Shown: one piece after another, positions 35,557 through 50,033 of the stretch
Layout: every line of letters begins with the position of its first letter
Position numbering within the stretch: position 1 is the stretch's first letter
From: Schmidtea polychroa
Taxonomy: Eukaryota
Assembly: GCA_044892525.1 (NCBI GenBank)
Contig: CM097885.1
Location: forward strand, 11,844,001-11,908,000
DNA length: 64,000 nucleotides
Reading direction: 5' to 3'
Notes under the pieces: model-generated
Told to the model about the DNA's origin: nothing
The model's input: only the letters and a program-made list of their open reading frames with translations
Database searches by the model: none
Translations under genes and position numbers: made by a program

Positions 35557-38500
35557 ATGAATTCTTTAATAGAAAACGTTATGAATGTTCGAGAAAAAAT
35601 TCAGGAATTTGGTAAATTTTAATTTATTTATTAATTAATTTATTAATTAATTTAGATAATATTAATGAAGACAATTTAAAATCGAAGATTAAAGGAAATT
35701 TGAAAAGAAAAAGTAAACATAATTTTTAATTTATTGATTTAATTAATTAATAATTTAGGTAATACGAATAAAGAGAAAAATTATGTCAATGTGTCAATAA
35801 ATCGAAATGAAAATTTACAATGTAAGTATTGATTACTTTTTTATATAATTTAAAGGAAATTTAATATAATTTTTTATTTAATTAAATGTTAATATTTTTA
35901 ATTTAGTAAATTTTTATTTTTTTTTAGTAAATAAAATTTGTAAATTTTTGCGTAAACATTTATTAAAATATTTCATTTAAATTATATATATATTTTTTTT
36001 ATTAAATTTTTATTTTATAGGTATACTTTATCCAAATTATTGTTCATCGAAAGAACATGATAATAATTGCCATTCTATAATGGAGAATTATTACACGAAA
36101 AAATATTATAATAAAACATATTTTATATGTCCCGTATGTAAGACTAGTGACCCTGTAACATATAGTGTTTTTTATAATAAACATAAACAACATTTAGATA
36201 GGTTTAATTTTAAAAAAGATAGTGTTTTTAAAAGACCTTCGACTATAGAAAAAAATAATACAAATAAAAAAATTAAATTAGATACTTCTTCTTTTGAATC
36301 CCAGGTCGGATTAGTTGTTGAATCCCAGGACGGATTAGTTGTTGAATCCAATGATGGATTGGTTGTTGAATTTCAGGACGGATTGTCTTTTGTTGAATCC
36401 CAGGTCGGATTGCCTTTTGTTGAATCCCAGGTCGGATTAGTTGTTGAATCCCAGGTCGGATTATTCAATTCCTTTGATTCTTGGGATGGATTAAATATAA
36501 TACAAATAGGGGGTAATGTTCCCATAATACAGAAAGATTTAAGGGGTACACATCAAATTTTAAGTTTAAATACTAGCGACTTGAATATAAAGGAAATAAT
36601 ATTTCCAGAACGATTAATTATAAAATTACGAGATATTATTAACGAATTAGGCTCCGTCAAAATTCAATTCGGAATAACAATCGAATTTGAAAAAGACGGG
36701 GAAATAAAGGTTAATAATATTTCGAATTACGCAAAACCTTTAACTGCATCATTTTTTGACGAAGGCATTAGGGAACTAAACGAGAAAATAAGTAATATCA
36801 CAGAGTTAGGAAGTAGTTGGATCATAAAAAAAATAACTGAAATCCACTTCACCATAACAAAAATAAGTAGGTTAAGTAGATTAAGTGGTAGGAGTTTCAT
36901 TGAACTACCTACTTGTCTAAAAAATAAATATTGTTTAATTAATATAAAAAACACCGATGATTCATGTTTTTTATATAGCATTTTAGCTATTTTAAAATAT
37001 GATGAGGTTGTTAGACAATATAGAAATAGGACGTCCAGTTATAATTTATCAGACTTAATATATAATCCATTAGATTTACCCATGAAATTAAAAGACATTA
37101 GAAAATTTGAGGCCAAAAATCCCGGCTTAATAATTAATGTTTTTTCTTATGACAATAGCAAACAATTAACAGATAATTACGTTTTAAAACATCCACATTT
37201 AGACATTATACATCGTTCCAAAGTTTTAAATGGAACTGTAATTAATTTACTATTATTAAATAAAGGAAACAATTTCCATTACGTCGCTATAAGTAATTTA
37301 AATAGGTTACTGAATTGCCACATAAAAACTAGTTGTCCTACACGCATACAATCATTATGGTGCCATCGGTGTTTGAATGGGTTTAGGTATAAACACGCAC
37401 TGGAAAAACATGAAATATTATGTAAACGTAATCAATTAGGAACAACTCTTTACACTTTCCCTCAAAATAAATTCTTACAGTTTACTGACTGGTCGAAAAC
37501 AGTAACTCCTCCTTTTGTAGTTTATGCCGATTTTGAGGCTATTTTACCTTCTGATAATCTTCATTTCCAACGACACATGCCAATATCTGCTGGTCTTTTA
37601 CTAGTAAATAACTTTGACGGATCTAAATCATATCAACAATTCATAGGTTTAGATTGCGTCGAGAGTTTTTTAAGTGCTATAGAGGATATAGCATTAAATA
37701 AGGTTCTTCCTTTTTATTATAAAATGGGTAGGAAACCAATGATAAAATTAACGAAAATTGAACAACATCAATTTCTTAGTGCTTCCGTTTGTTATCTTTG
37801 TTTGAAATCTATCGTCGATCCTGTTAGAGATCACGATCATTTTACGGGCAAATACTTGGGTGCAGCTTGTAGCACATGTAACATAAATAGGAAAATAAAT
37901 AAAATTTTGCCTATCGTATTTCATAACTTGAAGGGATACGATATGCATCATATACTTAAATATGGATTAAATAAATTTAAAAATTGGACTTTAGGTTGCA
38001 TCCCAATAACGAGTGAAAAATTTATTTCTTTGATTGCTCATTTAGGCAAAATTAGCTTAAGATTCATTGATTCTTATCAATTTGTCAATGATTCTTTAGC
38101 TAAAGCAGTCAAAACTTTGAATTCTTTGCCTTTTACTAATTCTGCTTTTTCTGGTACTATAGTTTCTGAAAAAGGAATCTTCCCTTATAATTTCGCCACT
38201 TCTTTAGATATTCTCCAAACTACTTATGAATTACCACCAATCTGGGAAGGTGTCACTGAGCTTGAGTATGAAAAAGCTCAGGAGATTTGGGTAGAAACTA
38301 ATTGCGTAACTTTATTAGATTATATGATGATCTACCTAAAACTTGATTGTTTTCTTTTGGCTGATTTCTTTCATCAGTTTCGGTTGAAATCCATTGCTCA
38401 CAATAGATTGGAACCATTGAATTATTTCGGAATTCCAGGTATGTCTTGGTCTTCTGCATTAATGTCTCTAAATGAACCAATTGAGCTCATAACTGAAAAC

Positions 38501-39994
38501 GAAATGTTTAGCTTTTATGAGGGTGGAATAAGAGGCGGTCTTACTTTTGTCAATAAGCATTACGTAAAAACCGACGAGAACACCGAGTTACTTTATATAG
38601 ATATTAATAATCTTTATGGTTGGGCTTTAAGTCAATCATTACCTTGTGGCGAATTTAGTTGGGTTCTTGATGGATTTGATTTAATAATAGATGAATGTAG
38701 GAATTTAAATCTTGAATCTTTGTCTTATGGATACACTCTTGAAGTTGATCTTGTAATTCCTTCTGAGCTTCATGATAAGTTGGATGATTTCCCTGTAGCT
38801 GCTGAAAAAATGAAACCTGCTGGGTCTAAGGTTGAAAAATTATTATTAACTCATCTTCCAAAATCTAATTATGTTATTCATTGGAGATTATTAAAATTAT
38901 ATTTGGAACTTGGTGTTAAAGTAACACGTGTAAATAGGGGTGTAAGATTTAAGCAATCTCCAATTTTTAAAAAATATATAGATACAAATACAGAATTAAG
39001 GTCAAAAAGCATAAATAACTTAGATAAAAATTATTATAAATTGCTAAATAACAGTTTATACGGCAAAACAGTTGAAAATTTAAAGAGAAGAATGAATCTT
39101 CGTCTTTGTACAACAGCCGATAAATTAGTTAAATATTCTTCGAAGCCAACTTTTAAAAAATCTATTAAAATAGACGATAATTTAATCGCGGCATTATTGA
39201 ATTCAGATTCTATATGTTTAGATAGACCAAGTTACATTGGTCAATCTGTACTTGATCTATCTAAACTTAGAATGTATGAATTGCAATATAAGGATCTGGA
39301 ATCATTTCGCAATGAGTTTAATTGTAAAATTAATATCGTTGCAGGTGATACAGATTCTTTTTTCCTCGAAGTCATTAACTGTAAACTCGAGGTTCTTTTA
39401 CCTGCAATGATTCGAGATAATTTATTAGATACTTCCAATTACAATAGTTGTCATTCCTTATATAGTAAGAACCTTGATTCAGTCATTGGAAAGTTCAAAG
39501 ACGAGAATAAAGGTCTTAAATATAAGGAATGGGTTTTTCTTAGACCTAAATGTTATAGCTTGTTGGGTGATGAGGAAACAAAAAAGGCTAAAGGTGTAAC
39601 ATTGAAAGGTAGTGACATAAAACATCAGTCATACCTGGATTGTTATAACACTAACCAGATTTTTTCGGTTCCTCAGACTAAAATAACAAGCAAAAATCAT
39701 CAAATTTTTACAATTAAAAACACAAAAATAGCACTAACAAACAAAGACGACAAAAGGGTTTGGGTGGGGGAAAATACTAGTCTTGCATATGGGCATGTAA
39801 GATTAAGTGAATTTAATATTAGAGAAAATGTTGCAGAAATTGTTGGAGAAGATGAGGAAGAATTAAATGAAGATTTTGGAGAAGATGAGGAAGAATTTAA
39901 TGAAGATTTTGGAGAAGATGAGGAAGAATTAAATGAAGATTTTGGAGAAGATGACATCGATATCGATGACGTTATTTTGTCCGATGAGGACTAA
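35557..39994 (+). CDS. polB: pPolB, right-arm copy; exons 35557-35611, 35656-35712, 35759-35821, 36021-39994
   Basis: 1304-aa ORF matching the left copy except for one extra 8-aa repeat unit; three phase-1 GT-AG introns. Confidence 0.93.
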
Positions 39995-40186
39995 TTTTAT
40001 TAAATAAAAGTTTATATCTATACATTTGTTATTTGTTTGGTAAATTTTTATGTTTGTTATGTGTCTAGTTCATTTTTATGTGTTTAGTTAATGTTTATAT
40101 GTTTTGTTATGTGTCTAGTTATTTTTATGTGTTTAGTTAATTTTTTATGTGTTGTATAGTATTTGGTTGATATATTATTACTAATA

Positions 40187-40247
<61 letters not shown>

Positions 40248-41405
40248 AAAAAAAAATTATTCTATTAAAATTTCCATTAAAAATTAACATTGAAAAATAT
40301 TCCATAAAAATTTCCATCTAAAATTACTTAAAAAATTATTTCATTAAAATTTTCATTAAAAAATTTCAATTCTCAAACACCTTCTATTATTTCAACTTTT
40401 TGTTAATAAATTTTAAAATCTTACTTTAATTTACTTATTTAAAAATTATTACTTTAATTTACTTATTTAACTTTAATTTAAAATTTTTTTTTACCATTGA
40501 TTACTTAATTTTAAAATTTGGACCTTAATTAACTTTAATTTAATTTTTTAGAACCTTAATTTAGTTATTTGTGCCCATTATTTACTGTAATTTAATTTTT
40601 TAGGACCTTAATTTACTTAGTTGAGCCCTTAATTAACTTTAATTTTAAATTTTGAACAATTATTTACTTTAATTTAATATTTTAGAACCTAAATTTACTT
40701 TAATTTAAAAATTTGGACCATTAATTACTGTAATTTAATTTTTAGAACCTTAATTTACTTTAATTTTAAAATTTTGACCATAATTTACTTTAATTGAAAA
40801 ATCTTAGCCCATAATTTACTTTATTTCAAAAAAAATCTGAACCCTGATTTACTTAAATTTTTTAGACCCATCATTTACTTTATTTTTAAATTTTAGACCA
40901 ATAATTTGCTTTATTTTAAAAATTTACTATGTGTTTTTAATGTAAACCATCTTTTCTATTGAAATTCTCATGACCAAGAAGATCCCCTCACTATTGTGTG
41001 AAAAATCCATGCTTTTTTATTGAAGACTACCTTTTTCTATTGAAATTCTCAGGACCAAGGAGACCCACCCAAATAATATTTATCCTTGGCTTGTTTATTG
41101 AAAAAAAAATTTTGTATTTAAAATCCCAGAAAACATTGGGCATTACGGCAACAATTATGTAATCAAAAAATGTCTACGGAAAAAGTTATGCAATCAAAAG
41201 TTTGCAACATTTTTTACCCCCCCCCCCCCCCCCCTATTGTTCCCGTAGGCTCCTAACTACCTACTTTCTTGTCATTTTTTCAATTAGCAACAAAATTTTA
41301 AGAGTATTACTACCTATTATAATAGCTGGCAATGAATACATAGTTAACAATCTCAACATGAACATTATAGTATATTTTTTTCCAATTTCACCACTGATTT
41401 TCTTT

Positions 41406-41517
41406 TTTATTGAATTTATTAACAATAGGTTGAAGACTATAAATCAATAAATCTATCGATGTTTTTGATATATTTATTGATTTATAGTCTTCAAGCTTTT
41501 TTAATAAATTCAATAAA
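41406..41517. repeat. Short imperfect palindrome (~110 bp), MITE-like
   Basis: TTGAAGACTATAAATCAATAAAT...ATTTATTGATTTATAGTCTTCAA. Confidence 0.6.
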
Positions 41518-41873
41518 CATTATAATTATTATAGTAAGCTCTTTTGATTTCGCGTGTTGGGGGCGCCAGATATATGAACCGCACAGGGCTCAATAATGCG
41601 TTGTTATTAATCCAAATATTTCAGTTGGATTGGAACTGAGGTTTTCCTTAGAACAACCTATAAAATCTGTAATTATTTTTATTATTTTGTTAAACTTGTA
41701 TTTCTAAAAATTAGTTACTGAATCGAGTCGCATAAATTGTTTTACTGAAATAAAATCTTAAATTTATCAGGTAACATAAAAATATTATAATAATATTATA
41801 ATAATATGAACTAGAACTTAGAATATTCATACCGAATTCATTATAAACCCTAAAATAGTTTAATAACATTGTC

Positions 41874-42795
41874 AGTAGTATGATTGGTCACCGCCCGGCC
41901 ATGAGCCCGCCCGGCCACATATACCCCCTCCCCCCGGATGAAAAAAAAATTCTAGAACGATGCCACATATTTTTAGAACTATTACGTAATCGATGCCACA
42001 TATTTTTAGAACGATGCCTCATATTTTTAGAACTATTACATAATCGACGCCTAATATTTTTAGAACGATGCCTCATATTTTTAGAACTATTACGTAATCG
42101 ACGCCTCATATTATTATTCAAAATATTATTAGTGATCAATCGGGGACATGGTTTTCGTTTGCCCAAAAGTTATCGTTCCCATTATCCGAATTTATTGGAC
42201 GATACCTCATCTTAAAGCCCTTTGCAAGACCTTTAAAATGAGTTATAGATTCCTATCATCCTATGACTCGTCATATTTTTAGAACGATGCCTCTTATTTT
42301 TAGAATGATTACGTCATATTTTTAGAACGATGTCTCTTATTTTTAGAACGATTACGTCATTATTTTAGAACGATGCATCATATTTTTAGAATGATTACGT
42401 CATTATTTTAGAACGATGCCTCATATTTTTCGAATGATTACGTCATTATTTTAGAACGACGCCTCTTATTTTTAGAATGATTACGTCATATTTTTAGAAC
42501 GATGACTCATCCTATGACTCATCATATTTTTAGAACTATTACATAATCGATGCCTCATTATTTTTAGAACGATGACTCATACGATGATTCATCAATGTCA
42601 CTATAATTTTAGTAATAAAGACATCTATTTTTAGCAACATTTTAAATCTATTTTTAGTAACATTTTCGAACCAATGTTTTAATTATCGATTATGTAATAA
42701 TTTGATTTTGTTTAAATCATTGATTATATTATAATTTTTTTGTTTTAATTATCGATTACGTAATAATTTAACTTATCATTATCGCACGCGCGAGA

Positions 42796-42846
<51 letters not shown>

Positions 42847-43066
42847 TTTCTCCGAGTTTATCCGACACGATATTCTGTCCCCCTAAGGGTAATGGTCACA
42901 AAGGTACTGCTAAAACTTTAACATATTATTACACACAATGTATAAAAAATATTATTAGTGTCCACACATGCTACAAGTTAGTATTCCCATCGATAGCTCA
43001 TCTTAAAGTTTAGTGTAAGATCTATCTAATGATATATTATTATTATAATTGGTAAAGATGTTATTA

Positions 43067-43143
<77 letters not shown>

Positions 43144-43235
43144 TAAAACAATAAAATGATAATTTAAGCCTTTTGCTGCAAATAATGTATTTAATGAAAG
43201 AATTTTCGACTATACGATAGTCCTTGTCAATCTCC

Positions 43236-43324
<89 letters not shown>

Positions 43325-43727
43325 GGTAAAGATATTAACACTTGCGCGAAAGATGTTATTATTATTATTATGATTATTATGATTATTATTATATCTAGTC
43401 CGAGTTTATCTGACAAGATATTCTGTCCCCACACACATTCTATATACACATACCTTATTATTTCAAAGTAACACGCGCGGGAGTTATTATTATTATCAAA
43501 AATCTAAAATATGGTTTACACACACACACAACCCATTAACAATTATTATTATGAATATTAGTGAAAATCTAAAATATAGTTTACACACACACACACAACC
43601 CATTAACAATTATTATTATGAATATTAGTGAAAACCTAAAATATTTTCTACACACATACACAACCCATTATTATTATCAATATTAAAAACCTAAAATATT
43701 TTCTACACACATACACAACCCATTAAC

Positions 43728-43793
<66 letters not shown>

Positions 43794-46700
43794 GATTATG
43801 ATTATTATGATTATTATTATATATAGTCAGAGTCTATCCGACAAGATATTCTGTCCCCCTATGGGTATTGCTCATATGGGTAATGGTCACAAGGGTACTA
43901 CTCACACTCAACATGTCGCAAAGGTTTTCGATCTTAAAGCATATTATGGTTTATTAAGGTTAGTAAATAAAACTTATCACACACACTTTAATATTTAAAC
44001 GATAAAAAATCAAGACAAGAGAGGACAAGGCAAAGTGTATGCATTTAGTATTGCCAGGCCTAATGAGCAGTGACCAAATATTTGAAAGACACGGTGGATA
44101 TTTGTTCGCGTCCACAAGGGTCGTCTGTGCCTCCCCCAAGTGGGGTCAGAAGAACCTGGGCATTATAGCTTTCCGTACGGAACATTACGCCTAGCATGAG
44201 TAGTCAACTACCAGCACATTCGAAACGTATAATTTCAAAATGCATGCGTCATTGGCACTATAGCCAAATTAATTAATGTTTTCACTAACACAAATATATA
44301 TTTACAGAGGCCTCCCACTAGTTGGATTACAACCGCCCACCACGACGATCAGCTTGTAAATATATATTAATTAAGGGATAAAGAGGACCCACCCAACCCT
44401 ATTATATTTAATTTACAAAAGGTTTCTCGCTCTTCTGCTGGTAATCTATCTCAAAATTATCATCTCCATCGGGCCATTTGAAATACATCTTGCAAATTGG
44501 ACGTATTTCTTAGTTTCTGATGCGGTGTCAACTATCATTGCTAAAATTTATATTGATTTAAAAGCAATTAACTTACAGATGTTATCTAGCATTTTATCGT
44601 CAAAAATTAAATTCTGTCTGACTATTAGGCAACTGTTATTTGTGGTATACTTTTTCAATGACATTTCCCACCATAAAACACAGATACCTAAATATAATAA
44701 ATATATATTTTAAAGAATTAATTCATGTCTTACATTAATAATAATATTCTTCAGGTATGACGAGTACTTTACTTAATTGCTAAAACATCGGTTTTCCCAT
44801 TTTTTTGACATTCGTTGAAACTTTACATAATTTAAGTCTGATAATTCATGTTGAAGGACACCCACAATCAGCTAATTCATTTAAAACATCCAGAACATAA
44901 GTCATTTAGTGTTTCACCATTTTGTCTGGTTCATCTTCTTCATAATCATATAATTCATTTTCTTCATTACTAAGTAAAATAATTAAAATATTGTAGTAAA
45001 TTCTTTATTTAATTACTTTATGGATACTAAATCGAAAGAAATAAAGTTATATGAAAAGTTTATTTAAATAATTTAAATTTAGTTATTTAAAAATATTTAA
45101 ACAATTTAGTTATTTAAGCATATTTAAACATTATTATATACATTATTATATAAACATTATTATCTTACCACCTGAGAATAATATTGTTAATTTATCTCGG
45201 TGTTATTAAAATTATCTTTCGACTTTACGCTTCTTACCATTTTAGAATAAGATTTTTTATCAAAATTTGTGTTAATTTGACTGATTCAATTTGATGGAGT
45301 TATTGTTAATTCGTTTTATTATATATACTCTGGGTTTATCCGACAAGATATTTTCTCCCTCTATGGGTACTGTTCACAATTGGTACTGCTCGTAAGGGTA
45401 CTGGTCGTAAAGGTACTGGTGTGTTTTATTTAGGCAAATTTTTGGTTATTATTTAGCATTAAATTCATTGGTAATTTTTAGAGTTAGCGGGATTTTACTA
45501 ACATTATTACTAACCTTTTTGTGAATAATTGAAAGAATATTTTAAAATTTAACGTTTTAGTGTTAATTCTAAGACAAATTTAATTAATTTCTTGATAATT
45601 TGCTATATTTTATTGACTTGTTTTTAAATTTACTTTTAAATAAAAATATTTTTAATGGCAGTTAGGTTAATAATTAGAGTTTTTACAATAATCAAGTTAT
45701 TATTATTTAATTTTTGTAAAAATTATTGTAAAATATACTGAAATTTGTGATTTTGAAAGATATATCACGTTATAATTGCTATATAATTAGCTGAATCGAT
45801 AAAGAATTATGATCAATCGATATATTTCATCTCTAGTTAGGTATTTGATGGTAAATGTGGTGAAATATTTGTAGAAAATATTGATTTTAGTAAATTTTGA
45901 TTTTTTAATGGGCTCTTACTACATGAATTTAAATACTAAATTATTTCAATGGAAGGATGTCTGTAACAATTAAATAAAATTCATATTTTGAAGAATTTTC
46001 TATGGATTTTAAGAGAATTGATATATTAAAGGTCTGATATATTAAAGTCGGTTGGTTAAGATGGTAATAGATGATTTTTAAGGTGTTTAAAATGATAGAA
46101 ATATTTGGTGAGGGATCGGTTAAGGTGGAAATGTTTGAAATCTCTATTTAAATCGACAATGTTCTTATTGGTAAATTTTAAAGGGAAATAGTCAGTATTT
46201 AGCTATGAATTAATAATAGTTCCTGTGAAATTATATCGTTTTAGAGGTTTATTAGGTTGTGATGAATGTTATTGCACAGTAATTTAGATTTATGTTTTAG
46301 AACCAGTTTTTTATTAATTATCCACTGTTTTATTAAGTCGTTTAGGGTTAATGATCAATTTACTTGGTTTTCACAATGAAATATTTGAAATCTTTAGAAT
46401 TAATTGGGATTGATATCAAAGGTTATTGCTTTAAATTATTTTACTTAAGAAGTTATTTTATTCATTGTGGGGACATCAGTGACAAAACTTGAGAAATATT
46501 GACTTAAAAGTTGGAAATCGACAACAGCTAAAGAAAATTGATCTTTATTGAAGGAATTTTATGATTTTAATTAGAAATTAAATCGGTTGAATATCAGTTA
46601 ATCTATTGAAGGAATATTGTTATCGGATGGATAAATGATATTTTGCCAAATTACCTTTGCTAAATATTATTTTAAATCACTAAAAATGAGAAAAATAAGC

Positions 46701-49240
46701 ACTATTCATAAATTGATGGCACAAAATATCCATGTTTTGGTTACTCAAACATCTTAAATTTCTCGCAAAGATATATTACGTCTAATGATCATCTAACTAA
46801 ATTAGAAAAGAATTGTAACCCTATATGAATATATATTTTTAACTAATAAGCACCTTATTTGGTTAAATGATAACCATATTTCTATTATGACTCCTTTAAA
46901 TATTTTTGCCTCAAACAAACTTACTCCAAATGATATAGAATTTAAAATTATCAATGAATAATAACCATGTTTTTCTCATATTATTATCTATTGTAACGAA
47001 CATTAGATGAATAAATTAATTTTTGCTTTAAATGACTACAAAGTTAACCAATAAATTAGTCGCTCGACATAAGTGTAAAGTTACATTTAAAATATTCACG
47101 ATCATCTCACTAAATTACCTAAGAATTTCTAAATGATTAATATACCCTTGCGACATGTTGAATGTGACCAGTACCCTTGCTAGCAATACCCATAGGGGGA
47201 CAGAATATTTTGTCGGATAAACTCGGAGTATATGGTCTTTATTGATATTTCAAAATACTGTTATTTATAAATTAACTAAAACATACTCAAAAATATTATA
47301 TTATTTTACTGAATGATAACTTAAATGTTTTTAATATATTTATTTCTAAAATAAATCGACAGCTCAGACCAACAACATGTATGGATGACCACCCATTGTT
47401 AATTTATTTCCAGTGTCACGTCCCTCAAAAATACCGTGAGTGTTTTAACAAAACTGAGCTCAAAGAAACTTTCCAGATAACAATTCACCTGAATGTTTTG
47501 AACAAAAATGAGCGAATTTGAGAACAAACGATTAGATGGCAATTAACTTCTGGCCACAACCCTAACAACATGAAAATTAAGATTTTAATTATTGAATTCG
47601 TTGTTTTCTTCCTGGAAATACTAACAGAATATTTTTTTTTAATTCAAAGAATCTTCATTATAAATTTTTGAATTTAAAAAATTAAATGAAGGATATATAA
47701 GTGTACATAATATTATAATATTATATAAAATTATACTATATTTATTAATAAATTTAGAATACATAAAATTATAATATAATAATATTTTATAAAGTTATAC
47801 TATATAATAATGTTTAAATATGCTTAAAAAACTAAATTGTTTAAATATTTTTAAATAACTAAATTTAAATTATTTAAATAAACTTTTCATATAACTTTAT
47901 TTCTTTCGATTTAGTATCCATAAAGTAATTAAATAAAGAATTTACTACAATATTTTAATTATTTTACTTAGTAATGAAGAAAATGAATTATATGATTATG
48001 AAGAAGATGAACCAGATAAAATGGTGAAACACTAAATGACTTATGTTCTGGATTTAGAAATTTCTTATTAAAACATGAATTATATGATTATGAAGAAGAT
48101 GAACCAGACAAAATGGTGAAACACTAAATGACTTATGTTCTGGATGTTTTAAATGAATTAGCTGATTGTGGGTGTCCTTCAACATGAATTATCAGACTTA
48201 AATTATGTAAACTTTCAACGAATGTCAAAAAAAATGGGAAAACCGATGTTTTAGCAATTAAGTAAAGTACTCGTCATACCTGAAGAATATTATTATTAAT
48301 GTAAGACATGAATTAATTCTTTAAAATATATATATATTATATTTAGGTATCTGTGTTTTATGGTGGGAAATGTCATTGAAAAAGTATACCACAAATAACA
48401 GTTGCCTAATAGTCAGACAGAATTTAATTTTTGACGATAAAATGCTAGATAACATCTGTAAGTTAATTGCTTTTAAATCAATATAAATTTTAGCAATGAT
48501 AGTTGACACCACATCAGAAACTAAGAAATACGTCCAATTTGCAAGATGTATTTCAAATGGCCCGATGGAGATGATAATTTTGAGATAGATTACCAGCAGA
48601 AGAGCGAGAAACCTTTTGTAAATTAAATATAATAGGGTTGGGTGGGTCCTCTTTATCCCTTAATTAATATATATTTACAAGCTGATCGTCGTGGTGGGCG
48701 GTTGTAATCCAACTAGTGGGAGGTCTCTGTAAATATATATTTGTGTTAGTGAAAACATTAATTAATTTGGCTATAGTGCCAATGACGCATGCATTTTGAA
48801 ATTATACGTTTCGAATGTGCTGGTAGTTGACTACCCATGCTAGGCGTAATGTTCCGTACGGAAAGCTATAATGCCCAGGTTCTTCTGACCCCACTTGGGG
48901 GAGGCACAGACGACCCTTGTGGACGCGAACAAATATCCACCGTGTCTTTCAAATATTTGGTCACTGCTCATTAGGCCTGGCAATACTAAATGCATACACT
49001 TTGCCTTGTCCTCTCTTGTCTTGATTTTTTATCGTTTAAATATTAAAGTGTGTGTGATAAGTTTTATTTACTAACCTTAATAAACCATAATATGCTTTAA
49101 GATCGAAAACCTTTGCGACATGTTGAGTGTGAGTAGTACCCTTGTGACCATTACCCATATGAGCAATACCCATAGGGGGACAGAATATCTTGTCGGATAG
49201 ACTCTGACTATATATAATAATAATCATAATAATCATAATC

Positions 49241-49303
<63 letters not shown>

Positions 49304-49640
49304 GTTAATGGGTTGTGTATGTGTGTAGAAAATATTTTAGGTTTTTAATATTGATAATAATAATGGGTTGTGTATGTGTGTAGAAATTATTTTAGGTTTT
49401 CACTAATATTCATAATAATAATTGTTAATGGGTTGTGTGTGTGTGTGTGTAAACCATATTTTAGATTTTTGATAATAATAATAACTCCCGCGCGTGTTAC
49501 TTTGAAATAATAAGGTATGTGTATATAGAATGTGTGTGGGGACAGAATATCTTGTCAGATAAACTCTGACTATATATAATAATAATCATAATAATCATAA
49601 TAATAATAACATCTTTCGCGCAGGTGTTAATATCTTTACC

Positions 49641-49731
<91 letters not shown>

Positions 49732-49943
49732 TCTTTACCAATTATAATAATAATATATCATTAGATAGATCTTACACTAGACTTTAAGATGAGCTATCGA
49801 TGGGAATACTAACTTGTAGCATGTGTGGACACTAATAATATTTTTTATACATTGTGTGTAATAATATGGTAAAGTTTTAGCAGTACCTTTGTGACCATTA
49901 CCCTTAGGGGGACAGAATATCGTGTCGGATAAACTCGGAGAAA

Positions 49944-50033
<90 letters not shown>

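Larger units (their letters stand above)
24922..41265. mobile_element. Palindromic pPolB-only Polinton derivative (element 2), 16.3 kb
   Basis: Ends AGTAGGTAGTTAGGAGCCTACGGG...CCCGTAGGCTCCTAACTACCTACT. TSD TTCTTG at 24916-24921 and 41266-41271. The ~8.1-kb arms are inverted copies. Confidence 0.93.

Noticed and set aside
24922..41265. Giant palindrome as a pure assembly artefact
   Set aside because: Unique flanks with an exact TSD, an empty-site paralog, arm indels and an asymmetric centre argue against it. Read-level confirmation is still needed.
41880..42215. Arg-rich ORFs at the ends of element 3 (also 50754-50969)
   Set aside because: They are translations of TIR tandem repeats.
44055..44230. 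Possible hammerhead ribozyme (CTAATGAG...GAAA)
   Set aside because: The core deviates from CUGANGA and I could not build stems II/III or a cleavage triplet. An Infernal search would settle it.
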